64,000 bases of DNA from Candidatus Woesearchaeota archaeon. GTDB lineage: Archaea; Nanobdellota; Nanobdellia; Pacearchaeales; GW2011-AR1. Both the position numbers and the translations under genes were made by a program. The notes beneath the pieces were generated by a model, which was not told where the DNA came from, ran no database searches, and saw only the letters and a list, made by a program, of their open reading frames with translations. The stretch spans positions 68,092 through 132,091 of the forward strand of contig CAZXHH010000001.1 of assembly GCA_964639615.1 (NCBI GenBank). Reading direction: 5' to 3'. How positions within the stretch are numbered: the first letter of the stretch is position 1; every line of letters begins with the position of its first letter. Below are positions 27,830 through 37,021 of the stretch, one piece after another.

Positions 27830-28615
27830 ATGAAAAAGAGAGAATATAAAATTATTCTGACAATTTTAATTCTTATATTTTTTACAATAAATTACAACAA
27901 TCTTGATAGCTTTGTAACAAAAAACTTTGATAATCAAGAAACAATTGTTGTTGAAAGAGTTATTGATGGGGATACGCTTGTTGATAGCGAAGGAATTCAT
28001 TACAGATTATTGGGAATTAATACTCCAGAAAAAGGAGAGCCTCTTTATTTAGATGCAAAAAAATTTCTTGAAGAAAAAACAATAAATCAAACAATAATTG
28101 TAGAAAAAACTAAAAAGGATAGATATGATAGAGAACTTGCATATTTTTATCTTGGAAAAGCAAATATTAATGAAGAAATTGTAAACAAAGGGTATGCAAA
28201 TTATTATTTTCCTGAAGGAAAGGATAGGTATTACTCAACTTTTTTGGATGCTTGGCTGAATTGCATAGATTCTAACATAAACTTGTGTGAAAAATCAGAA
28301 GATAAATGCTCTTCATGTATCCAATTAACAAAGTGGGATTTTGAAAACCAAGAGATTAGTTTTTACAATAAATGCTCTTTTGACTGTAATTTAAATGGTT
28401 GGACATTAAAAGACGAGGGAAGAAAAAAATTTGTTTTTGAAAACTATATATTAAAGGGCTTAAATTATGTTAATGTTATTGTTGAGAATAAAACTAATTC
28501 TGCAAATAATCTTTATTGGAAAAATGAAGAATATGTCTGGACCTCTTCAGGAGATAGTTTCTTTTTAAGAGATGGAGAAGGAAAGTTAGTGCTTTGGGGG
28601 ACTGAGAATTATTAA
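27830..28615 (+). CDS. Membrane-anchored thermonuclease (SNase-like) with a C-terminal lamin-tail-like domain
   Basis: RVIDGDT, RLLGINTPE, DRYDRELAY; C-terminal LNGWTLKDE...VWTSSGDSFFLRD. Confidence 0.87.
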   Translation: MKKREYKIILTILILIFFTINYNNLDSFVTKNFDNQETIVVERVIDGDTLVDSEGIHYRLLGINTPEKGEPLYLDAKKFLEEKTINQTIIVEKTKKDRYDRELAYFYLGKANINEEIVNKGYANYYFPEGKDRYYSTFLDAWLNCIDSNINLCEKSEDKCSSCIQLTKWDFENQEISFYNKCSFDCNLNGWTLKDEGRKKFVFENYILKGLNYVNVIVENKTNSANNLYWKNEEYVWTSSGDSFFLRDGEGKLVLWGTENY

Positions 28616-28733
28616 ATAGCTAAGATAATCTAGGGTTATCAATTAACTCTTAAATCGTTTAATAATAATATGAATAATCGATTAATGGAGAGTTGCCCAA
28701 ATAACTATTTCTATGAATATTGCATCAAAGAAA

Positions 28734-29228
28734 TTACATCAATTCGCTACAATCTTCTGGAGGAATAATATAAATACTACCATATCCATTATCAACTATT
28801 GCTTTATTAACAAATAAATTATCTCCCCAATCGTTTACATAAACAAATCTCAATAATCTTCCGTAAGCATCTTTGTCTTTTAAAGAAGAATTAAAACTAA
28901 CTTCTTTGTATAAAATAAGTTCTCTAAGAAATGCTTTTGATTCTTCATAACCTTGTTCTTTTTTTTCTGGAGCATCTACACAGAGCAATCTAACTTTAAG
29001 CATTTTGTCTGTTGTTTCATCATAATATTCAAAAGTATCTCCATCAATTATTTTTACAACAGTATTATTATTTAGCTGTGATTTATTGTAAGCTTTTGGA
29101 AGAGAAGAAATAAATGCCACAATTAACAGAATAAACACAATAAAAACCATCCAATAAACTATCTTATCCCATTCTTTTTTAATTTTCAGCTCATCATTTG
29201 GAAATTGTGATTGATCCTCTTTTTCCAT
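28734..29228 (-). CDS. Membrane-anchored thermonuclease family protein
   Basis: TM helix, then KIIDGDT, VRLLCVDAPE and DAYGRLLRFV. Confidence 0.87.
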   Translation of the reverse strand: MEKEDQSQFPNDELKIKKEWDKIVYWMVFIVFILLIVAFISSLPKAYNKSQLNNNTVVKIIDGDTFEYYDETTDKMLKVRLLCVDAPEKKEQGYEESKAFLRELILYKEVSFNSSLKDKDAYGRLLRFVYVNDWGDNLFVNKAIVDNGYGSIYIIPPEDCSELM

Positions 29229-29353
29229 ATTTATCCTATCGCACCTGTTCCTTTAAATCTTTTGTTTTTATTAAACTCTCAATTCAAAGTAATAACAAAA
29301 AACATTTTATTTAGGACAATAATCTTTTAAAACAGGAAACGTCATCAAAGGCA

Positions 29354-32300
29354 ATGGAGAAAAGGGAAAAGTGCTGGAAGTTATTTCTAATTAACATACT
29401 AATTTTAACACTAAGCTTTTCTTTTATTAGTGCTTCTACTTCACTAACAAGCATTAATGTTAATCCTTCAATTACAAATTCTAATCCAGTTCTAACTGTA
29501 ACGCTTAGTGAGAGTAATTCTTCATACCTAATTTCTGGTGCAGAATATTTTATTGATAGTGCTGGTGTAAGTGGAACAGGAAATAGTTTAACTGCTTCAG
29601 ATGGAGCATATGATGAACTAACTGAAGATACAAGTGCTAGTATAGATCTAACAGGTTTAAGTCAGGGCAGCCACACAGTTTATGCTCACGGATTAAATAA
29701 CAATTCTGAATGGGGTGCTTTTTCTACAGTCAGTTTTACAAAAGATACAATTATCCCTACACTAACCTCAATGCAGATTACTGGAGCATATGGTGCTACA
29801 AATAAAATTTCTCCTCAAAATGCAGATGGAAAGTATGATTCTGTTAGAATTATTATGAATTCAAGTGAATCTGTTGATTGGGGAAAAACATCAGTATTAA
29901 ATTCTACAGGACAGGAAATAAAATATTTCAATGGCCCTTCTGGTTATATTAATTCAAATATAGAAACTTGGGATGGAAAAAATAGTTCTGGAAATTATGT
30001 CCTTGATGGAGTTTACACAATTTATACAAATATAACAGACCAAGCAGGAAACTCAAATTTAATCTATGTGGGTTCAGTGATTATAGATAATACTGCTCCA
30101 ATTGGGACAATCACAAAAGGAACTCCTATAATAAGTAACAATGATTTAACACAAGAAATAACAATAAATTATAATGAAGTTATGGATACTTCTTATAGAC
30201 CACTGATTAACTTTACAAATAATATTGGAGAGATTAGAAGTACTGGAGGAAGTTGGAGTACAAATCAAATTTGGACAGAGAATTTCCTTGTTGAAGATGC
30301 AGATGAAGAAACAACAAACGTAATTATTTCTAGTTCATTAGCTAAAGACCTTGTTGAAAACTCAGAAGCTACTTCTATTTCAGCTTCTTTTTCTATTGAT
30401 ACAAAAGCTCCTGTTATCTCTAGTTTGCAAATTAATGCTTCAGATATAGAAATAAATAATGATAATGATGTAACAATTTCAGCAGACATTAGCGAAGGAA
30501 TGTCTACCCCAATAAATGTCTGGCTTGAAGGAAACTGGACTGGGACTTCTGCAAATAACACTTTAAGTTCTTCTTCAGGACATTATAGTTATACTATAAG
30601 CAAAACTCAACTTTCAAATCAGGAATATGTGGGATGGAGAATTTTTACAAGAGATTCTAGAGGAAATATTAGAAGTACAAGCATAAATGGTTTTTTAGTT
30701 AAAAATAGAGCTCCTTTATTTATTCCTTCTATAAATAATATGTCTTGGATTGAAGATGGAGGTTCAAAGACAATTAACTTATCTGATTATTTTTATGATT
30801 TAGATAAAGACATTCTTAATTATACTGCAACAGTTGTTTCTAACAGAGGACCAACATCAGATCCAAATCCTCTTGGGGGAATAACAGTTACAATAAACAA
30901 TGCAACAAAAATTGCAACAATTTCATCAACCTCAGATTGGAATGGTGATGGAACAATTATATTTTATGCTTGGGACTTTGTTGGAGGATACAATAGGAGC
31001 AATACAGTTTATGTAACAGTTATTGCTGATGATAATGAAGCTCCAACACTAACAAGTTCTTTGAGCCCAGTAAACTTCAGTGAAGATACAACTTTCTCTT
31101 TGCAATTATTCTGTGATCCAAATGACCCTGCACAAGTTTGCTTAAATTATAGATATGATGCATCATATATTGATTATAATTCAAATCTAACTGTATCTGT
31201 AAATCCTTCAACAGGACAGGTTACATTAAGTCCAAAATTAAATTGGAATGGGTTAACTTATGTTAAATTTCTTGCTGATGATAATGGAGTTCCTTTAGAA
31301 ACAGGAAGTTTAGTTGTTAGAGTAAATGTAACTCCTGTAAATGATAATCCTATATTAGACGCTCCTGATATAAGCATGATAGAAAATTCTGCTGCACCTT
31401 CTCCAATTAATTTGCTTTCTTATACAACGGATGTAGATAACCAATTAACTTCTATGGTTTATAATTTGGTTAGTCAATCAAATACAAGTTTAATTAATTG
31501 TAGCTTAAATGTAAATACAATAAACTGTGGAGCACCTGCATATAACAAATATGGAATTTCAGATTTAATAGTTAGTGTAATAGATGGAAGTGGTGGCAGT
31601 GATAGTCAAAAGATTACTATTGAAGTAAAAAAGAATCATGCTCCAACAATAAGATCATATTTTCCTGTTGAAAATCCTTTGATAAGAACTGGAAGGCCCC
31701 AGACTTTTGTACTTGTTGCTCAAGATGTTGATAATTTAACAGCTTTAAATTATGTCTGGAAAGTAGATGGAACAATTGTTCAGAATGGAATAGATAATAA
31801 TTATATATTTACACCTTCAGCTGAAAGCAATTATATTGTTAGTGCTGAAGTAAGTGACGAAGTTCCAAACACAGTAACAAAAAGCTGGACAGTTAAGGCA
31901 ACTACTTATCCAATTACAACAGAGTTTAATGGTGATGAAACAACAAATCTTTCAAATCCTTCTTTAGATTTAACAAATGTAAGTTTAGTTTTAGAAAATT
32001 CATACGGTAAAATTGAATTTTTATCTCCTGTTGATTTAACAAAGGCTTGGGACTTGGACAATAATGTTGAAATTTCTTCAAACGGATTAGTTGCTGTTAA
32101 TACTCAGTTATATCCTGCCTTAAATAAACCTGCAAGAATTACACTTTATGGATTGAGCTATAGTTCTTTACCTAAAGTTTATTATTCTTCGAGCTTCACA
32201 ACTTCTCCATTGACTGTTCAACAAGAATGTTCTTCACCTAGATGTAATTTACTCAATTATACTGCATTCCCTACATCTGCTGGAGAGGTTACATTTACTG

Positions 32301-33376
32301 TCTCTCAATTCAGTTCATATGCTGTTAAAGGAAGTGGAATTAATTATGATATTAACAAACTTGATTTAGACAAATGTGAAAACGGAGTCCAAGGAAATCT
32401 AACTGTTGAAATAAAAAATCCTGATGAGGATGAATCTTTTGGACCTGGAGCAGAAATTAAGATTAAATTAAAAGTATCAAACGATAATTCTTTTGATGAT
32501 AAATTCATAGCCAAAGGAATTTTATATAATTTAGATGAAGAAGATGAAGAGGAAACAGAAGAAAGTGATTCTGTTGAAATAGAAACAGAAGATTCAGAAA
32601 CAATTGAATTCTCATTAATTGTCCCAGAAGATATGGATGAAGAAGATGATTATGTTCTATTTGTTAAAGTCTATCAAAAAGGAGAAGAGGAAAATCAATG
32701 CAATTATCAAATAATTGATTTATCTCTTGAAAGAGAAGAACACAAAGTTATAATTAATGATATTGTTTCTGATTTAGAAATTAATACTGGGGAAAAATTA
32801 AACCTTGATATTGATTTAGAAAATATTGGAAGTTCAGACGAAGATGAAGCATATATCAAAATAACAAATAGCGAATTAAAATTAAATGAAAAAACAGATA
32901 CATTTGAAATTGAGAAATATGGTGACGATAATGAATTGACAATAAGCCATAGCATTTTAATTCCACAAAACGCAGCAGGAAAAGAATACACTTTAAGAGT
33001 AGAGGTATTTTATGAAGATGGAAGCACTTTCCAAAATTATATAATAAATGTAAATAATAAATCAATTATAAGTTATGTACCTACAGAAAACTTAATTTAC
33101 TTATCTTCTTCGCAGTCTTCAGGATCTGGAAGTTCTAGTCCTAAAACAATTACTGCATCAAAAACAACTATAACAGGAAAAATAACTGAAAAAGCAGAAG
33201 TTGAAGAAGAGGCTGCTCTTAATGTAAATCTAGATACAGAAGATAAAATAGCTTCTGAATTTAGTACAAATAAGAGTTCAGTAAAAGTAAATTATAATTA
33301 TCTTCCGATAGTGCTTGGTATCGGTATATTGATTTTTGTTTTTGCAATAGTATATCTTTTAATAAAGAAAAGATAA
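29354..33376 (+). CDS. Large surface/S-layer-like protein with Ig-like repeats and a C-terminal TM anchor
   Basis: Signal peptide, FlgD-Ig-like ISPQNADG..WDGKN..DGVY, repeated NxAP/DxxAP domain boundaries, many sequons, acidic CARDB-like domains, TM+KKR end. Confidence 0.8.
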   Translation: MEKREKCWKLFLINILILTLSFSFISASTSLTSINVNPSITNSNPVLTVTLSESNSSYLISGAEYFIDSAGVSGTGNSLTASDGAYDELTEDTSASIDLTGLSQGSHTVYAHGLNNNSEWGAFSTVSFTKDTIIPTLTSMQITGAYGATNKISPQNADGKYDSVRIIMNSSESVDWGKTSVLNSTGQEIKYFNGPSGYINSNIETWDGKNSSGNYVLDGVYTIYTNITDQAGNSNLIYVGSVIIDNTAPIGTITKGTPIISNNDLTQEITINYNEVMDTSYRPLINFTNNIGEIRSTGGSWSTNQIWTENFLVEDADEETTNVIISSSLAKDLVENSEATSISASFSIDTKAPVISSLQINASDIEINNDNDVTISADISEGMSTPINVWLEGNWTGTSANNTLSSSSGHYSYTISKTQLSNQEYVGWRIFTRDSRGNIRSTSINGFLVKNRAPLFIPSINNMSWIEDGGSKTINLSDYFYDLDKDILNYTATVVSNRGPTSDPNPLGGITVTINNATKIATISSTSDWNGDGTIIFYAWDFVGGYNRSNTVYVTVIADDNEAPTLTSSLSPVNFSEDTTFSLQLFCDPNDPAQVCLNYRYDASYIDYNSNLTVSVNPSTGQVTLSPKLNWNGLTYVKFLADDNGVPLETGSLVVRVNVTPVNDNPILDAPDISMIENSAAPSPINLLSYTTDVDNQLTSMVYNLVSQSNTSLINCSLNVNTINCGAPAYNKYGISDLIVSVIDGSGGSDSQKITIEVKKNHAPTIRSYFPVENPLIRTGRPQTFVLVAQDVDNLTALNYVWKVDGTIVQNGIDNNYIFTPSAESNYIVSAEVSDEVPNTVTKSWTVKATTYPITTEFNGDETTNLSNPSLDLTNVSLVLENSYGKIEFLSPVDLTKAWDLDNNVEISSNGLVAVNTQLYPALNKPARITLYGLSYSSLPKVYYSSSFTTSPLTVQQECSSPRCNLLNYTAFPTSAGEVTFTVSQFSSYAVKGSGINYDINKLDLDKCENGVQGNLTVEIKNPDEDESFGPGAEIKIKLKVSNDNSFDDKFIAKGILYNLDEEDEEETEESDSVEIETEDSETIEFSLIVPEDMDEEDDYVLFVKVYQKGEEENQCNYQIIDLSLEREEHKVIINDIVSDLEINTGEKLNLDIDLENIGSSDEDEAYIKITNSELKLNEKTDTFEIEKYGDDNELTISHSILIPQNAAGKEYTLRVEVFYEDGSTFQNYIINVNNKSIISYVPTENLIYLSSSQSSGSGSSSPKTITASKTTITGKITEKAEVEEEAALNVNLDTEDKIASEFSTNKSSVKVNYNYLPIVLGIGILIFVFAIVYLLIKKR

Positions 33377-33407
33377 AATTAATATAGTTCTGGGAGTTCT
33401 ATAATTC

Positions 33408-33620
33408 ATGTTTAAAGATAACCCTTTTCTTCCAAATAAAGAATACATGCCTGATTGGGAATTTAAAATGCTCTACGACAGTTATGTAGAACAGAATAAA
33501 TATATTAAACTTACAAATAACACAAATAATGTTGTTCAATCTGAACTTGAAAAGATAGATCATCTCGAGGCTGAAGCATCTTTTCAAAAATTACTTCTAA
33601 AAAAGAAAAGACTTAATTAG
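33408..33620 (+). CDS. Hypothetical protein
   Basis: 70-aa ORF with GGAG upstream. Confidence 0.5.
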   Translation: MFKDNPFLPNKEYMPDWEFKMLYDSYVEQNKYIKLTNNTNNVVQSELEKIDHLEAEASFQKLLLKKKRLN

Positions 33621-33662
33621 GCATAGATTTAAAAGCAAAAAAATTTTTATTTTTCGATAAAA

Positions 33663-34031
33663 ATGAAAAATAAAAAACCAAAATTTTGGGGAAAACTTGC
33701 AAGCATCGATTTAGTTGGATGCAATGACAATGTTAGTAATCCCCGGGAGATTCGGCGGTTTTGCATAGAAATCTGTAAAAAAATTCACATGAAAAGATTT
33801 GGTCCAACTCATTTGAAAAGATTTGGTGTTGGAAAATTAGAAGGATATTCTTTTATGCAGTTTATTGAAACTTCTTCTATAACTGCACATTTTGAAGAAC
33901 AACAAAATCCAAAAAAAGCATTTATTGATATTTTCAGCTGTAAAGATTTTGATGAAAAAGACGCAGCTAACTTTTGTAAAAAATTCTTTGGAGCTAACAA
34001 GGCCAAATTAAGAGTGTTGATAAGAGAATAA
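33663..34031 (+). CDS. speD: S-adenosylmethionine decarboxylase proenzyme (pyruvoyl type)
   Basis: IDLVGC, GYS..QFIETSSITAHF cleavage region and FIDIFSCK. Confidence 0.85.
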   Translation: MKNKKPKFWGKLASIDLVGCNDNVSNPREIRRFCIEICKKIHMKRFGPTHLKRFGVGKLEGYSFMQFIETSSITAHFEEQQNPKKAFIDIFSCKDFDEKDAANFCKKFFGANKAKLRVLIRE

Positions 34032-34085
34032 AATAAAAATTATTCTAAACCAAAAGAGATTTAAACAACAATTCTATTAAATTTT

Positions 34086-34346
34086 TGTAGACTAAGTCGG
34101 CGGGTTAGCCCTCCGCTGCTTGCAAATGGGCTTCATGGCAGACTACGAGTGGGGCGTGATAAGTGCGTTGAGGAATCTTTTTTCCAACGTTGACGCTTTG
34201 TCCGTTTTGATTTCGTAGATGCGAAATGGGTCAGGCCTTGATCGGAGCAGCCCTAAACACCTATTGGAATGCTTAGCGGGTTGCAGAGCCGAGAAGGAAG
34301 AAAGGCTAGTTTCTTAATGTTCTTAGTAGCTAACCACTTGTCTACA
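34086..34346 (+). ncRNA. ffs: Signal recognition particle (7S) RNA, divergent
   Basis: GC-rich non-coding island. Ends pair (TGTAGAC-T-AAGT/ACTTGTCTACA). Helix 8 GGGTCAGG...AGCAGCCC at 34228-34253, helix-6 hairpin at 34211-34226, complementary Alu-like loops AGCCC/GGGCT. Confidence 0.85.
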
Positions 34347-34429
34347 CTATTAATTTTTTATAAATATACTTCCAAAAACATCTATTTTACGACGATAATA
34401 CTTATAAATAATAAATAAAATATATTTTT

Positions 34430-35026
34430 ATGGAAAGTACTTATCTTATAAAACATCCTTCTCATGCACTTGTTGTTGAAGCAATTCAGACTCTCCCAGG
34501 AGAAATTGAAAGCATAAATTTGGAATTATTTGCTGATGGAGTTCAATTTCCAGAATATCCTGAAAATGAAGCAACAACACAGGGGTATTTGAATACATGC
34601 AAATATCAGAACATAATCCCATTTTCTAGCAAAAGAATAAGATGGAGCTTTAATGTCGAAGAACATATTCCTAAAAATACTGAAGCTATGCAGATGTATT
34701 TTTCTGGAGGAAGAACAAATAGGATATCTTTTGAAATATCTCAGGATTGGCAGTTTAAAGAAATTGATAAATTCAAAGAAATATTATTTCCTTCTCTTTT
34801 AAAAAATAACTACAAAATTTCATCTGGAGAAATTATTATGTCTGGCCATAAAACAGGTTCGCATCAAACTGAAGGATATGCTCCCGACTTAGCATTAAAG
34901 ATAAATTATGGTGAAAAAGGATTGGGGATTCTTGTAGACGATAATTATAGAACTGCTAAAGAAGAAAAACCAAAATATGAAAAGTGGTTTGAAGATTTAA
35001 AGACAAAATACAAAATAAGAGATTAA
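34430..35026 (+). CDS. Hypothetical protein
   Basis: 198-aa ORF with TTATAAATA upstream. Confidence 0.75.
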   Translation: MESTYLIKHPSHALVVEAIQTLPGEIESINLELFADGVQFPEYPENEATTQGYLNTCKYQNIIPFSSKRIRWSFNVEEHIPKNTEAMQMYFSGGRTNRISFEISQDWQFKEIDKFKEILFPSLLKNNYKISSGEIIMSGHKTGSHQTEGYAPDLALKINYGEKGLGILVDDNYRTAKEEKPKYEKWFEDLKTKYKIRD

Positions 35027-35027
35027 A

Positions 35028-35363
35028 ATGGGAAGAAACAGATTGTATCAACAAGGACTTCTAGGAATAATCGAGAAACTTAAGGATAAAGAAGTTAAGT
35101 TTCATGTTAATGAATCTTGCGTCGGAGAAGTTTGTTTAATAAATAATTGTAACAGAGATGCAACACATAAGGTAGAAGAAGTTATTATAGAAGGAGACCC
35201 AAATCCATTAAGACATCCGTTAACAAATTACATATGCTGCAATCATTATAAGAAAGTTTTTGGCGCACTTGCTAAATTGCAATGTGAAAATCAAAAGCAC
35301 GATTTATATTATAAAGCAATAAAAAAAGATTATGAAACATTCTCTGATACAAGGGAAGAATAA
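35028..35363 (+). CDS. Hypothetical protein with a putative Zn-binding Cys/His cluster
   Basis: CLINNC...ICCNH; starts 1 nt after the upstream stop. Confidence 0.65.
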   Translation: MGRNRLYQQGLLGIIEKLKDKEVKFHVNESCVGEVCLINNCNRDATHKVEEVIIEGDPNPLRHPLTNYICCNHYKKVFGALAKLQCENQKHDLYYKAIKKDYETFSDTREE

Positions 35364-35421
35364 TCCCCTAGATATTTCTTAAATAAAAACATTAATAAAT
35401 TGATTTCTATTCTCTATAAAT

Positions 35422-36552
35422 ATGGGTGAAAAAGAGAAAGATGTTGTTGTTAATCCTTACCAAGTTGAAGGAGAAGTTAATTACGACAGACTTGTTAAAG
35501 AATTTGGATTAGAAAAAATTAACGAAGATATTCTAAAGAAAATTAAAAAGCAGACCGGGGAGCTTCATCCCATGCTGAGAAGAGGAATTATGTTTGCCCA
35601 TAGAGATTTAAATTGGATTTTAAATGAGTATGAAAAAGGGAATAAATTTTTCTTATATACTGGATGTGGACCTTCTGGACCAATCCATTTAGGACATTTA
35701 CAAATGTGGTATTTTACAAAATGGTTACAAGATAAATTTGATTGTGAATTGTATTTTCAGTTTACTGATGATGAAAAATTCCTATACAAAGAGAAATCTT
35801 ATGAAGAAATACAAAAATGGACTGAAGAAAATATGTTAGATGTTGCTGCAATTGGATTCAATCCAAAAAAAACACATTTTATCGTAGACACAAAACATGC
35901 TGGAATCATGTATCCTGAAGCTATAAAAATAGCAAAGAAAATAACTTTCTCAACAATTAAATCTAGTTTTGGTTTTACAGACAGCAACAATATTGGAAGT
36001 ATATTTTACACTTCTATGCAAGCTGTACCTGCAATTCTTCCTTCTGTTCTTAAAGGGAAAAATATTCCTTGTTTGATTCCATTGGGTGTTGATCAAGACC
36101 CCCACTTTAGAATTGCAAGAGATGTTTATCCTAAACTAGGATTTTTCAAACCTGCAATTATGCATAAGGTTATGTTCCCTTCTTTAGAAGGAATGAATGC
36201 TGTAATGAGTAGTTCAAAAGGTGCTGCATTAATCACTGCAAACGATACTCCGGCTGAAGTAAAAAATAAAATAAACAAATATGCTTTTTCTGGAGGAAGA
36301 GATACAATTGAAGAGCACAGAAAATTAGGGGGAAATCCAGAAATAGATGTTTCATTCCAATATTTGAAGCACTTTTTTGAAGAAGATGATAAAAAATTAG
36401 AAGAAATTGAAAAAGAGTACAAATCAGGAAAATTATCAACAGGGGAATTAAAAAAATATGCCATTGAAAAGATAAATAAATTTTTAGCTCAACATCAAGA
36501 GAGAAGAAAGAATGCTAAAAAATTAATTCCACAATATATGTTAAAAGTATAA
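35422..36552 (+). CDS. trpS: Tryptophan-tRNA ligase (archaeal/eukaryal type)
   Basis: YTGCGPSGPIHLGH, TDDEKF, GVDQDPHFR, MSSS and KYAFSGG. Confidence 0.96.
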   Translation: MGEKEKDVVVNPYQVEGEVNYDRLVKEFGLEKINEDILKKIKKQTGELHPMLRRGIMFAHRDLNWILNEYEKGNKFFLYTGCGPSGPIHLGHLQMWYFTKWLQDKFDCELYFQFTDDEKFLYKEKSYEEIQKWTEENMLDVAAIGFNPKKTHFIVDTKHAGIMYPEAIKIAKKITFSTIKSSFGFTDSNNIGSIFYTSMQAVPAILPSVLKGKNIPCLIPLGVDQDPHFRIARDVYPKLGFFKPAIMHKVMFPSLEGMNAVMSSSKGAALITANDTPAEVKNKINKYAFSGGRDTIEEHRKLGGNPEIDVSFQYLKHFFEEDDKKLEEIEKEYKSGKLSTGELKKYAIEKINKFLAQHQERRKNAKKLIPQYMLKV

Positions 36553-36553
36553 G

Positions 36554-37021
36554 ATGATAAAAAGAGGGGATAAAAAAGCACAGTTTTACTTTATGGCTAC
36601 AATAATAATAGTAGCTTTGCTAATAAGCATTGTTGTTACAATTAATTATTCTTTAAGAACCAAATCTTATGAAGCAGAAGAAATTGCAAAAGATTTAACA
36701 ATTGAAACAGAAAAAGTTTTGGATTATGATACAATTCATTCAACAAATGAATTAGAAGATTTTGCAAAAGTTTATTCTAGATATGTTGGACAAGATAAAG
36801 AGATTTATTTTATTTTTGTAGATAATGATGGAAGTTCTGAAGCTTTTAGATATGTTGGAGAAAATAAAGTGGATTTTACCTCTAGTTTAGCAGTTGAAGG
36901 AAACGAAATTCAATTTATTATGGATAATAATACCTACAAATTTAATCTTAAGGAAGGAAAGAATTTGTATTTTCTTTTAATTTATGAATCTAAAGGGGAA
37001 AAATATGTATTTTCAGGATAA
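36554..37021 (+). CDS. Pilin-like protein (class III signal peptide)
   Basis: KKAQ followed by a hydrophobic helix. Confidence 0.75.
   Translation: MIKRGDKKAQFYFMATIIIVALLISIVVTINYSLRTKSYEAEEIAKDLTIETEKVLDYDTIHSTNELEDFAKVYSRYVGQDKEIYFIFVDNDGSSEAFRYVGENKVDFTSSLAVEGNEIQFIMDNNTYKFNLKEGKNLYFLLIYESKGEKYVFSG

Noticed and set aside
33663..34031. AdoMet decarboxylase without an adjacent spermidine synthase
   Set aside because: The partner may lie outside the window, so its absence here is uninformative.
34086..34346. GC-rich island as RNase P RNA, rRNA fragment or foreign DNA
   Set aside because: No RNase P P4 or rRNA signature seen; SRP helix-8 motifs and end-pairing explain it.
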